Virus record (IMG/VR): IMGVR_UViG_3300017917_005108
Coordinates: 98,498-162,497 of that record
DNA length: 64,000 nucleotides
Source: a virus
Strand: one strand, 5' to 3'
Both the position numbers and the translations under genes were made by a program. Below are positions 56,622 to 63,957 of the stretch, piece by piece. Numbering within the stretch: the stretch's first letter is position 1; each line of letters begins with the position of its first letter. The notes beneath the pieces were generated by a model. The model saw only the letters and a program-made list of their open reading frames with translations. It did not search any database and was not told the DNA's origin.

Positions 56622-58163
56622 ATGCCAACACCTCCTACAGAAACATTAGTAGAAAAGATTAAAAAATCTCAAGATACACAAGCAGAGTTATTAAAACAAA
56701 TTCCTGGTTATTATGATGATCCAGCAAACACAAAAACACCCACTGGTACTATTATAATACAGCCTGGTAGTAGTACTATACCTATTGTTCCACCTGTAAC
56801 AAATAGCCCCGGTACTGGCGGTACACCTGCAATTCCTGGAACGCAACCTTCGCCTGTACCAGCAGCACCGCAATACGGTATAGGCAATCTTATACTTGAC
56901 ATTAGCAATGCTATTTCAAATTTTTACAATAATTCAAAATATATTTTAGCTATGTGGGGTGTGCTGCCACCTGGAGTTTATGAGTTTGATGGTAAAAGGT
57001 ACAAAGTAGGAGAAGGCACAAAAAAACAAACATATAAAGAAGCAAAACCACCTGCCCAAGGTCAAACACCGGGAGCAACAGACCCTTATGCAATGAATTA
57101 CGATCCTGCTGCTACAGTTTCAGATGCATCGGAAGAATATCCTTTTACTGGAAGCCCGGGGCCTTTTGATTCTAGAAACTCCTACTCAGGTTCAGGATAC
57201 GCTGGCTATAATGGAAATTTTTATTCACCAAACGTTGCATTATATGCATACCCTAATTCAACAGATATCGTAGGTGTTCCTTATTATCCTTATCAGCAGA
57301 TCAATGCGCAAGTTATGTGGGTAGGTGATGGAGGTATATTTGGTCAAAATAATGCCTACTATGAGTTAGATGATGGAACTACACAACAAAGAAGAAAAGG
57401 TATAATAGATGATTTTTTAAAAGCAGCACAATATAAGTTTTTTCCTCCTACACACATATTTCAAGAAAGACAGAACGAACCTATAGGGTTTGTAGGTAAC
57501 AGTAATATGATAGAAGATTATTTAAATGGATCTCTTCCAGACAATATTACCTATGCAATTCCATCATTTAATTTTGGCGCCAATGCTGCTCCTTATAGAA
57601 AACTAGAACTAAGAGTTAATTCTCCTTATGGTGGAACTAATTTTTATGTTATTAATCCTAATAATGGTACTTGGAGACCGGCAGAACCTACTAATTGGTA
57701 TACTGCTCTTACAGGTCAATTGGCAATAAACTTGAGAGGGTGTAACCAACAAGATAAAGTATCTACAAATCCATATATTAAGCAGATATTTGCATTCTCT
57801 GATTCTTCTCCAATGACAGGATATAATATTCATCTAGATGGTGTACTACTAACAAATAGTAGAGAAATAACAGCTACATATGATGATTCAGGTACAAACA
57901 AAATAACAATATTTGATCTAAATTGCATTAGTAGGCACAACCCAGTTTGCTTCAGGACTAGAGTAAATACTTTAAGTAGCTATCCAGGAATACCGCCAAT
58001 AGCTAGCTTTATTTTTAATAATAATATTGATCAAGGAAAACATAATACTTTTATTATCATGCAACATAATGCTATAAAATCTTTAAATATACCTAGACCT
58101 TTTTATATAGAATATTGCAACGCATACTTTCCAGCATTTTCAGGAAGGATACACATAAGATGA
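56622..58163 (+). CDS. Putative virion structural/receptor-binding protein
   Basis: Pro/Gly-rich N-terminal linker, aromatic beta-rich C-terminal domains. Confidence 0.55.
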   Translation: MPTPPTETLVEKIKKSQDTQAELLKQIPGYYDDPANTKTPTGTIIIQPGSSTIPIVPPVTNSPGTGGTPAIPGTQPSPVPAAPQYGIGNLILDISNAISNFYNNSKYILAMWGVLPPGVYEFDGKRYKVGEGTKKQTYKEAKPPAQGQTPGATDPYAMNYDPAATVSDASEEYPFTGSPGPFDSRNSYSGSGYAGYNGNFYSPNVALYAYPNSTDIVGVPYYPYQQINAQVMWVGDGGIFGQNNAYYELDDGTTQQRRKGIIDDFLKAAQYKFFPPTHIFQERQNEPIGFVGNSNMIEDYLNGSLPDNITYAIPSFNFGANAAPYRKLELRVNSPYGGTNFYVINPNNGTWRPAEPTNWYTALTGQLAINLRGCNQQDKVSTNPYIKQIFAFSDSSPMTGYNIHLDGVLLTNSREITATYDDSGTNKITIFDLNCISRHNPVCFRTRVNTLSSYPGIPPIASFIFNNNIDQGKHNTFIIMQHNAIKSLNIPRPFYIEYCNAYFPAFSGRIHIR

Positions 58164-58873
58164 TTTTATCAAACAGCCATCAACCATTTCTCTTTAAACA
58201 CAATAATCAAATGCATTTAATTTATTGTGAAAAAAATAATACATTAATAATAAATCAAATGCCAATTATTATATGGAGTATATTTGTATTAAATCTTGAA
58301 ACAAATACCAAAAAAAGAATTTTTAATATAGAAAATAGAATAGAATGTAACCCAAGTGTACGGTATGAAAACAATTCTATTATTTTAAATTATATTGCTA
58401 GTAATATTATTGAAGAAAAAATAGAAAGTATAGATTATTTTCTATATCGCACTATATTAGATAATGATTTTAATATAATAAGAGAAGAGCAACAACTAAT
58501 AAAAACATTTTCTGGTTTTGAAACTTTAACAGATATATATTATTTTTCTCTAAGAGGTGGATATGAATATATCAATATTCAGAATAAAGATACAAATAAT
58601 GAAAACATTCTCAATATTTCATCTATCACCAATGGGCTTGCAAGAATTATTCCTATTTTTAATTCCAATAATTTTATCGTTACAGATCCCTACACACAGA
58701 GAAGCTTTTATATACAAGATAATTTCACCAATGACCCACCTCAAATTAAAAACAACCAACACCAAAGCATTTATAAATGTAGTATACTAGATAATACAAT
58801 ATCTTATGCAGTTAAGAAACAGGATTTAGAAAATAGAGATATAATAATAGAAGAAGGTTATTATATAGAATAA
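58160..58873 (+). CDS. Hypothetical protein (possible beta-propeller)
   Basis: ATGA-coupled start MILSNSHQPF; repeating beta-strand pattern. Confidence 0.55.
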   Translation: MILSNSHQPFLFKHNNQMHLIYCEKNNTLIINQMPIIIWSIFVLNLETNTKKRIFNIENRIECNPSVRYENNSIILNYIASNIIEEKIESIDYFLYRTILDNDFNIIREEQQLIKTFSGFETLTDIYYFSLRGGYEYINIQNKDTNNENILNISSITNGLARIIPIFNSNNFIVTDPYTQRSFYIQDNFTNDPPQIKNNQHQSIYKCSILDNTISYAVKKQDLENRDIIIEEGYYIE

Positions 58874-58886
58874 TTAAACAATTAAA

Positions 58887-59483
58887 TTAATCTTCACTAG
58901 GAGAGAAAGGCATCTCCTGAGGTATAATAAAATTTTTCTTAGGAGTAACGGTATGGTCTGTGGCAATGTGACCTGGAAGAGTAGCACCACCAGATGTATT
59001 AATGGTATAATTTGAGTAAGGTGATTTAACTGTACTTTGAGTTAATCTAATACCTGTTAGTAAGGGATCTCTTTTAAGAAGAGTAGGCTTTTCATAATCT
59101 GTGTTATCTGTGGTAACTGTTTTCTTATAAGGTGTAGCTGTACTAGATTGATATGAATTATATCTCTCATTGATATAATTTTCCTGTCTTTGTAATGCTT
59201 CTTTTTGCATTCTTTCTTGTCTATCAGCTGCTACTGCAGATTGAATCAGCCCCCCTACTAATCCAATAATAGGACCTATGGGTATACCTCCCCCTCTTTG
59301 CATAGGAACACCTTGATTGGGAATATACCCCTGTTGTACCGGTACCATACCCATAGGCATATAGCCTTGTTGTACACCATTTACTGGGTAGACTTGTCTG
59401 GGGCTATTAACAGATCCAAAGGTAAAGGTACTCTGGGCTTGTAGAGTAACAGGAAGTAGAAAGAGAATGAATAGCTTTTTCAA
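58887..59483 (-). CDS. Secreted/membrane protein with signal peptide and glycine-zipper-like helix
   Basis: MKKLFILFLLPVTLQA; IGPIIGLVGGLI; C-terminal SPYS...PG.I..D domain. Confidence 0.7.
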   Translation of the reverse strand: MKKLFILFLLPVTLQAQSTFTFGSVNSPRQVYPVNGVQQGYMPMGMVPVQQGYIPNQGVPMQRGGGIPIGPIIGLVGGLIQSAVAADRQERMQKEALQRQENYINERYNSYQSSTATPYKKTVTTDNTDYEKPTLLKRDPLLTGIRLTQSTVKSPYSNYTINTSGGATLPGHIATDHTVTPKKNFIIPQEMPFSPSED

Positions 59484-59914
59484 CGGGGTATACGGAATAG
59501 CTTACCTTCAAAAGGATCATTAACAATAGAACCAGGCTTATACTCAGAGGTAGAAACAGTAAACTCTGAGTAAGGAGATTGAAATGTAGTTTTACTAAGA
59601 GGAATAGCTAGAGGCACATTCTTTTTATCTACTACAGGTCTATAGGCTTGACTCTGTTGTTGTTCCTGTTGATGTGCAATATTATCTCCAGACATATAAT
59701 TGGCTAAAAGACCACCTGCTGCCATTCCAGCCAATGCACCAATCCACTGTGCATCTGGACCATTACTAATAGCTGGTGCTAACATATATCCCAATCCTGC
59801 CCCTGCCACCGATCCATACAATGTTTGAGTCGGTTGACCAGTATAAGGTTCCCACCCCAATTGTGCAAATGAAATAGAACTACTTACAAGTAATAGTGTT
59901 ATCAGCTTCTTCAT
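59480..59914 (-). CDS. Secreted glycine-zipper protein sharing the C-terminal domain of the previous ORF
   Basis: MKKLITLLLVSSSISFA; GSVAGAGLG...GALAGMAAGGLL; SPYS...KPGSIVNDPFEGKLFRIP. Confidence 0.72.
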   Translation of the reverse strand: MKKLITLLLVSSSISFAQLGWEPYTGQPTQTLYGSVAGAGLGYMLAPAISNGPDAQWIGALAGMAAGGLLANYMSGDNIAHQQEQQQSQAYRPVVDKKNVPLAIPLSKTTFQSPYSEFTVSTSEYKPGSIVNDPFEGKLFRIPR

Positions 59915-60057
59915 ATGTATATGTTAAGTGAACTAAGATAGAGGTCAAGCTCTTTTTTTATTTGGAAACCCCCGGGCCCGCTACCCTTTAGAGCGGCGCA
60001 GCCGCTTTGGCACAGCTCCCCCTATAATTTTAAACCAGATCATATATAATGCTTTCA

Positions 60058-60180
60058 ATGAAACACCGTAAATTTGTATCTGGTACACCTAAGAAGACAG
60101 TAGCTTCTGCTTCTTTTGCTAAGTATCTAAGAGAATCCTGTGGTATTAATGCTAGAAAGAAACCAGTGAGAAAGAAATGA
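60058..60180 (+). CDS. 40-aa basic peptide
   Basis: MKHRKFVSGTPKKTVASASFAKYLRESCGINARKKPVRKK; TATAAT 7 nt upstream. Confidence 0.5.
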   Translation: MKHRKFVSGTPKKTVASASFAKYLRESCGINARKKPVRKK

Positions 60181-60260
60181 GATTAGATATCTATCCTCCA
60201 GATGATGAGTTTGATGATGAAGAAGATGATGATATAGATGAAACACCTGAAATGTATTAA
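60177..60260 (+). CDS. 27-aa highly acidic peptide
   Basis: MRLDIYPPDDEFDDEEDDDIDETPEMY; ATGA overlap with the previous ORF. Confidence 0.5.
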   Translation: MRLDIYPPDDEFDDEEDDDIDETPEMY

Positions 60261-60271
60261 TAAATAACTAT

Positions 60272-60397
60272 ATGCCTCAGGTACCTAATATTAATGATAT
60301 TAACAGAGCCAAAAGAGCTGCTTTGGATAGGGTTGCAGGGGGCCTGCGAGTGGGTTGTACATACAGCCAGAGTGGGTTGTACATACAGCCAGTGTAA
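60272..60397 (+). CDS. 41-aa ORF or gene remnant paralogous to the N-terminus of 55563..55841
   Basis: MPQVPNINDINRAKRAALD versus MPNIPNINDINRAKRIAVD; TAAATA-N5-ATG. Confidence 0.5.
   Translation: MPQVPNINDINRAKRAALDRVAGGLRVGCTYSQSGLYIQPV
60348..60391. repeat. Perfect 22-bp tandem direct repeat (2 copies)
   Basis: GAGTGGGTTGTACATACAGCCA x2, no spacer. Confidence 0.95.
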
Positions 60398-60745
60398 CAG
60401 TGTGGCAAAACAAACGGTAAAGTAAAGTAAGCCGGAACCTCTTATGGGAAAGTTAGCGAATTTTGCAAAAAAAATTTGGCATGCACCTATAGAAACCCCA
60501 GACCACTCCGCATATAGATATGAATTCGCGTACCCTGGTTCTATATAACTGTCAGTGTTTCGCGGCTACCACAGCTCTTCTCAGACACATACCATGGTAT
60601 AGAAGAAGGGTACATAGATAGAGAGTCAGTTGTAGTAGTGAACCAATGATCATCATCTGCTAACTCATGGGCTGTCTTACGCTTTGACTCCATATACTCT
60701 TCTAGTGATTGTATCATATGTGTTATTGTATAGGTATTATTGGTT

Positions 60746-60818
60746 TGGGCCTACAAGGATTTGAACCTTGGACCAAGGCATTATGAGTGCCCTGCTCTGA
60801 CCGCTGAGCTATAGGCCC
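60746..60818 (-). tRNA. tRNA with CAU anticodon, most like tRNA-Ile2 (lysidine-modified, reads AUA)
   Basis: GGGCCTATAGCTCAGCGGTCAGAGCAGGGCACTCATAATGCCTTGGTCCAAGGTTCAAATCCTTGTAGGCCCA folds as a cloverleaf; paired G1-C72 and CTCATAA loop resemble Ile2 rather than fMet; CCA not encoded in register. Confidence 0.9.
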
Positions 60819-60945
60819 AACTTGTTCCTGGCAAAGTCTGATAGCAATTGTTTAAACTCTACTACCAACCCTACCTTGGATGTCATATGCAGTACGGTGA
60901 AGACACCTAGCATGTAGATAAAGACTGAGTAGAGGATTAAGATGA

Positions 60946-61242
60946 TCACAGACTGTTGTAACGTTTGTTGGCATCATCTAGAGTGGTACAAGTCCATCCA
61001 GTAATACCCCACAATGAACTACCAGGATAGGTCTCTGCAGGCTCAATAGCCATCCCACCCATACTGTATCCATTATGTCTACCTAGCTTGACTACCTCAT
61101 AGTTCTTCATCTCAGTACCCTCTCTGGTCTGCTCATAGATAGCCTTCATACCATCCCGTCTTACCTGCTTATAATTAAACCCCTTCTTCTTAAACTCATG
61201 AGGGATTACTTTGTACTCAATACCATTGATTGTTTGTGTCAT
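60946..61242 (-). CDS. Hypothetical early protein
   Basis: Preceded by TTGACC-N17-TACAAT; YEVV...E.YP....WG..GWT motif. Confidence 0.7.
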   Translation of the reverse strand: MTQTINGIEYKVIPHEFKKKGFNYKQVRRDGMKAIYEQTREGTEMKNYEVVKLGRHNGYSMGGMAIEPAETYPGSSLWGITGWTCTTLDDANKRYNSL

Positions 61243-61249
61243 GTTATAT

Positions 61250-61278
61250 ATTGTATAGGTTTAGTAGTGGTAGGTCAA
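61250..61278 (-). promoter_or_regulatory. Sigma70-like early promoter
   Basis: TTGACC-N17-TACAAT, 7 nt before ATG 61242. Confidence 0.65.
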
Positions 61279-61327
61279 TAGCAAACTTAATACAGCTAGC
61301 AAGCACCCTAGTTCAATGTAGATCATA

Positions 61328-61987
61328 TCAGGCAATCTCCATAACACTGTGCACACTACTCTCACTGATGGCTGACCTGAGCAGGTTCTCTACAGTAACC
61401 CTAATGGTCTGACCAGGGAAGTGATCCTCAGCCTCATCTGCCAACCTACCATCAATTGCAATGAACCTCTTACCATTCTTCTTTACAATACTGATACGCT
61501 CCTCACTAACCCTATAAGCATGGAAAGGATTCTTATCACCTTTGCAGTACTTGTTCTTGTACTTCTTAACCAGGTTGTTGGCCTTCTCATCCAAAGCAGT
61601 CCTAGCATAGCCTTTGTTCTTCATCTTCTCTACCTTGAGACCAAAAGCCTCAGCCTGCTTTTTAAAGTGCTTGTTGTGGTACTGATTGGCATTACAGTCA
61701 ACAATATCATGGACATTGTTCTTATAATGGGCCATCTCATGAATCAAAGTCTCACAGATGTCCTCTACAGACCTCTTGAGGGTGTCAGCGGTAATATTAA
61801 TCTCAGGGAGAGTCTTCTTACCATCCTTCCACCTACCCTGCCAGAACCAACCATAGTAGCTTTGACGGCCCCTATTGGGGATCAAAGTAAACACCGGGGT
61901 GTCCAGATTGGCTTCCAACTCTTGGTTAAAGAACTCAAATGCTTCTACCAGCTTTTGAGTCACGTCTCCTGTAATGTTATTACTCAT
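61328..61987 (-). CDS. SprT-like zinc metalloprotease
   Basis: EINI, TLIHEMAH (HExxH), YHNKHFK..AE.FGL. Confidence 0.85.
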   Translation of the reverse strand: MSNNITGDVTQKLVEAFEFFNQELEANLDTPVFTLIPNRGRQSYYGWFWQGRWKDGKKTLPEINITADTLKRSVEDICETLIHEMAHYKNNVHDIVDCNANQYHNKHFKKQAEAFGLKVEKMKNKGYARTALDEKANNLVKKYKNKYCKGDKNPFHAYRVSEERISIVKKNGKRFIAIDGRLADEAEDHFPGQTIRVTVENLLRSAISESSVHSVMEIA

Positions 61988-62172
61988 TTCTGATTCTCCT
62001 TATTATATTCGGTACTATCACGTTCGTCAAGCATGTAATCAGCATACTTGTACGCTTGGTGGGCCACCCACTTGTGAGTGGCTGCCGGTTGATTGATTAA
62101 TGCATGCATGGCAAGGGCAGCAAAGATGTCTCTTAACTCTCCAGTATCACTATATTGATTACGATTCTTCAT
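61984..62172 (-). CDS. Small phage protein
   Basis: LRD.FAA.AM..L...A..AY.YAD.ML.ER, a motif widespread in phages. Confidence 0.75.
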   Translation of the reverse strand: MKNRNQYSDTGELRDIFAALAMHALINQPAATHKWVAHQAYKYADYMLDERDSTEYNKENQK

Positions 62173-62416
62173 TTACATCTTCTCCTTCAAAAGGGACCTC
62201 TTTCTTAAGAGGAGTGAAAGGTTCCACGTAGAGATGATTGAACTCTGCCACCTGCTCGTCCGTGGGATAGTCAGGTAGGGTGTCGAGGTACTCTTCCAGA
62301 GTCTGCTTCTCATCATCCCAGTCTGGACTGTTCTTAACCATCCATGCAATCTTCTTGCAATGGAGCTCTGCATTGTAGGGTGTTTCATAACCGGTTGCTT
62401 GTTCTGTTGTACTCAT
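62159..62416 (-). CDS. Acidic hypothetical protein
   Basis: Likely start MSTTEQ inside the 62159..62467 frame; its 3' end overlaps the start of the 61984..62172 gene. Confidence 0.55.
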   Translation of the reverse strand: MSTTEQATGYETPYNAELHCKKIAWMVKNSPDWDDEKQTLEEYLDTLPDYPTDEQVAEFNHLYVEPFTPLKKEVPFEGEDVNEES

Positions 62417-62420
62417 AAAT

Positions 62421-62675
62421 TTAAACTGCGTAAGGGTATTCAATACTGTTGAGCTTGTCAATAGCATTCTGACAAGTAGCCATCAACTCATGCTTGGAGA
62501 ACATGGGAGTTAAACCTCTCATGCCTTCTGGGTTGCTGCTATGATCAGTCATATTGAGCTCAATCATACGTTGGAGGTTAATGAGGGTACCAATGGCCCA
62601 GCCAATCTTACCCCCAGTGGATTCAGAGCTGCTAGTAGCTACTGGCAACTCAACGGTTACTTTGTTATTCATCAT
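62421..62675 (-). CDS. Hypothetical early protein
   Basis: Preceded by TTGCTG-N16-TATAAT. Confidence 0.6.
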   Translation of the reverse strand: MMNNKVTVELPVATSSSESTGGKIGWAIGTLINLQRMIELNMTDHSSNPEGMRGLTPMFSKHELMATCQNAIDKLNSIEYPYAV

Positions 62676-62681
62676 CCTCTT

Positions 62682-62711
62682 ATTATAATGGAATTGTGGT
62701 TAACAGCAACT
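62682..62711 (-). promoter_or_regulatory. Early promoter, copy 1 of AGTTGCYGTTAACC...TAYAAT
   Basis: Minus strand agTTGCTGttaaccacaattccatTATAAT; shares its upstream 14 nt (1 mismatch) with 63511..63541. Confidence 0.65.
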
Positions 62712-62823
62712 ACCAAATGGCTCTCCATATGAGATAAGTGATGCCACCATACAATGCTAGTGCTACCAGGTTGGCTAACACATTCAACATGAACTGTATA
62801 AACTTATCAGGCCCCTCGTTCAT
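62710..62823 (-). CDS. 37-aa membrane peptide
   Basis: MNEGPDKFIQFMLNVLANLVALALYGGITYLIWRAIW. Confidence 0.45.
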   Translation of the reverse strand: MNEGPDKFIQFMLNVLANLVALALYGGITYLIWRAIW

Positions 62824-62965
62824 CTTCTTGATACTCCTTCCAGAATTCAGCTAACTCTTTCTCTTGTAACAGTCTCTGTTGTTCTTTGTGTTCAAAGTAC
62901 TCTTGAACAACTTGTTTATTATCAATGATATCGCTCTTCGTATACTTACGAGCAAACCAGCTCAT
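62807..62965 (-). CDS. 52-aa hypothetical protein
   Basis: MSWFARKYTKSDIIDNKQVVQEYFEHKEQQRLLQEKELAEFWKEYQEDERGA; ATGA-coupled to the upstream ORF. Confidence 0.55.
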   Translation of the reverse strand: MSWFARKYTKSDIIDNKQVVQEYFEHKEQQRLLQEKELAEFWKEYQEDERGA

Positions 62966-63180
62966 ACAACTCCATGCCCTTCATACTTGAGTAAAGCGTT
63001 GTAGAACAAGCGCTGTAAGTCGTTGATAGTGTTACACCTATCAATGTTTATGATGAGCTTGCGTTTATCCATGGTGGGTATATCACTGTCTTGGATGGCG
63101 CACACAAGCGATCCCTTAATCTCCCTAGGTTCTCGCACTGATAAAACGATGTCTTCTAATGGTCTGAGCTTACTAGTCAT
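62962..63180 (-). CDS. Hypothetical protein
   Basis: ORF in a tightly packed minus-strand operon. Confidence 0.6.
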   Translation of the reverse strand: MTSKLRPLEDIVLSVREPREIKGSLVCAIQDSDIPTMDKRKLIINIDRCNTINDLQRLFYNALLKYEGHGVV

Positions 63181-63183
63181 ATG

Positions 63184-63504
63184 TTAGTCTCCAATATGGT
63201 AGCACATCTCTACCTTGATGTGTTGATCATCAAGCTTTTCTACCTTACTGACGGTAGTATAGCCACCGAACTTGTTGAAGCGCGCAGGGTACAACCTGTA
63301 GAGAGCTCGTTGCATACGACCCAGATCGCAAGGACCGTAGAAGGGCACCTTGTAATAGGTGTGATCGTAATAGGCAGACTGCACTTCATCGCCAATCTGT
63401 TCGCGCTTGCCCCACTTGATACCACCAATAGCGGGCTCAGTCACATTGCGCCATTCACCATCTTCGTCGTAGATCTCGTAAGTTACTGTTCGGTTTTTCA
63501 TCAT
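63184..63504 (-). CDS. Hypothetical early protein
   Basis: Start at MMKNR fits the promoter geometry. Confidence 0.6.
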   Translation of the reverse strand: MMKNRTVTYEIYDEDGEWRNVTEPAIGGIKWGKREQIGDEVQSAYYDHTYYKVPFYGPCDLGRMQRALYRLYPARFNKFGGYTTVSKVEKLDDQHIKVEMCYHIGD

Positions 63505-63510
63505 ACACAT

Positions 63511-63541
63511 ATTGTAGGTGAAGTTTGGGTTAACGGCAACT
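63511..63541 (-). promoter_or_regulatory. Early promoter, copy 2
   Basis: Minus strand agTTGCCGttaacccaaacttcaccTACAAT. Confidence 0.65.
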
Positions 63542-63715
63542 AGGAACTTGAGTCAAGTAAGGATGCCAACCATCCAATCTGTCTTCAGTCCTCACATCAG
63601 CAAAGTCCAACAACAGCTTACCATAATACTCATCATTATGCCAATAGGTTACATGACAGTCTTGTTGGTACTCATTCATCTGGTTGATACGACTAGCTAG
63701 CTCTCTGTATGTCAT
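63530..63715 (-). CDS. Hypothetical protein
   Basis: MTYREL...I..M...Q.D..VT...DEYY...HPYL small phage protein pattern. Confidence 0.6.
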   Translation of the reverse strand: MTYRELASRINQMNEYQQDCHVTYWHNDEYYGKLLLDFADVRTEDRLDGWHPYLTQVPSCR

Positions 63716-63957
63716 TTGTTAGCCCCCGCAAGCATCTCTTCAAGAGTGGGCTCCTGCCAATACAGCTTATTGAATCCTATGATCCAGATGTTCACATAAG
63801 GCTTCTTCACACCACGCATCACCACCTCACCAGCAGGATGCTGTTCACACTCATCTGTGATCACTCGGATGTATCCATCCCTCACAGATCCTTCAATAGT
63901 GTAGCCCACTCGCTTGGCTTCCTTCAAGTAGGGCTTGAGGACCTGGGTGGTCATCAT
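63712..63957 (-). CDS. Hypothetical protein
   Basis: ATGA-coupled ORF. Confidence 0.55.
   Translation of the reverse strand: MMTTQVLKPYLKEAKRVGYTIEGSVRDGYIRVITDECEQHPAGEVVMRGVKKPYVNIWIIGFNKLYWQEPTLEEMLAGANK

Noticed and set aside
60348-60391. 22-bp repeat as a CRISPR array
   Set aside because: Only two adjacent copies, no spacer and no cas genes.
55563-60397. Diversity-generating retroelement or invertible shufflon behind the duplicated N-terminus
   Set aside because: No reverse transcriptase or recombinase in the window; the copies are direct, short and differ at non-adenine positions.
60444-60717. Micro-ORFs 60444..60548 (+) and about 60541..60717 (-)
   Set aside because: No recognisable motifs; the minus ORF has a TACAAT upstream but support is too thin to call.
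382-63700. Antisense or nested ORFs in the track (e.g. 382..603, 917..1105, 6707..6934, 8593..8784, 14276..14707, 24574..24882, 24985..25461, 33236..33544, 34840..35052, 49280..49609, 54645..54938, 61421..61993, 63181..63543)
   Set aside because: They overlap well-supported genes on the other strand or frame and show no motifs; treated as shadow ORFs.
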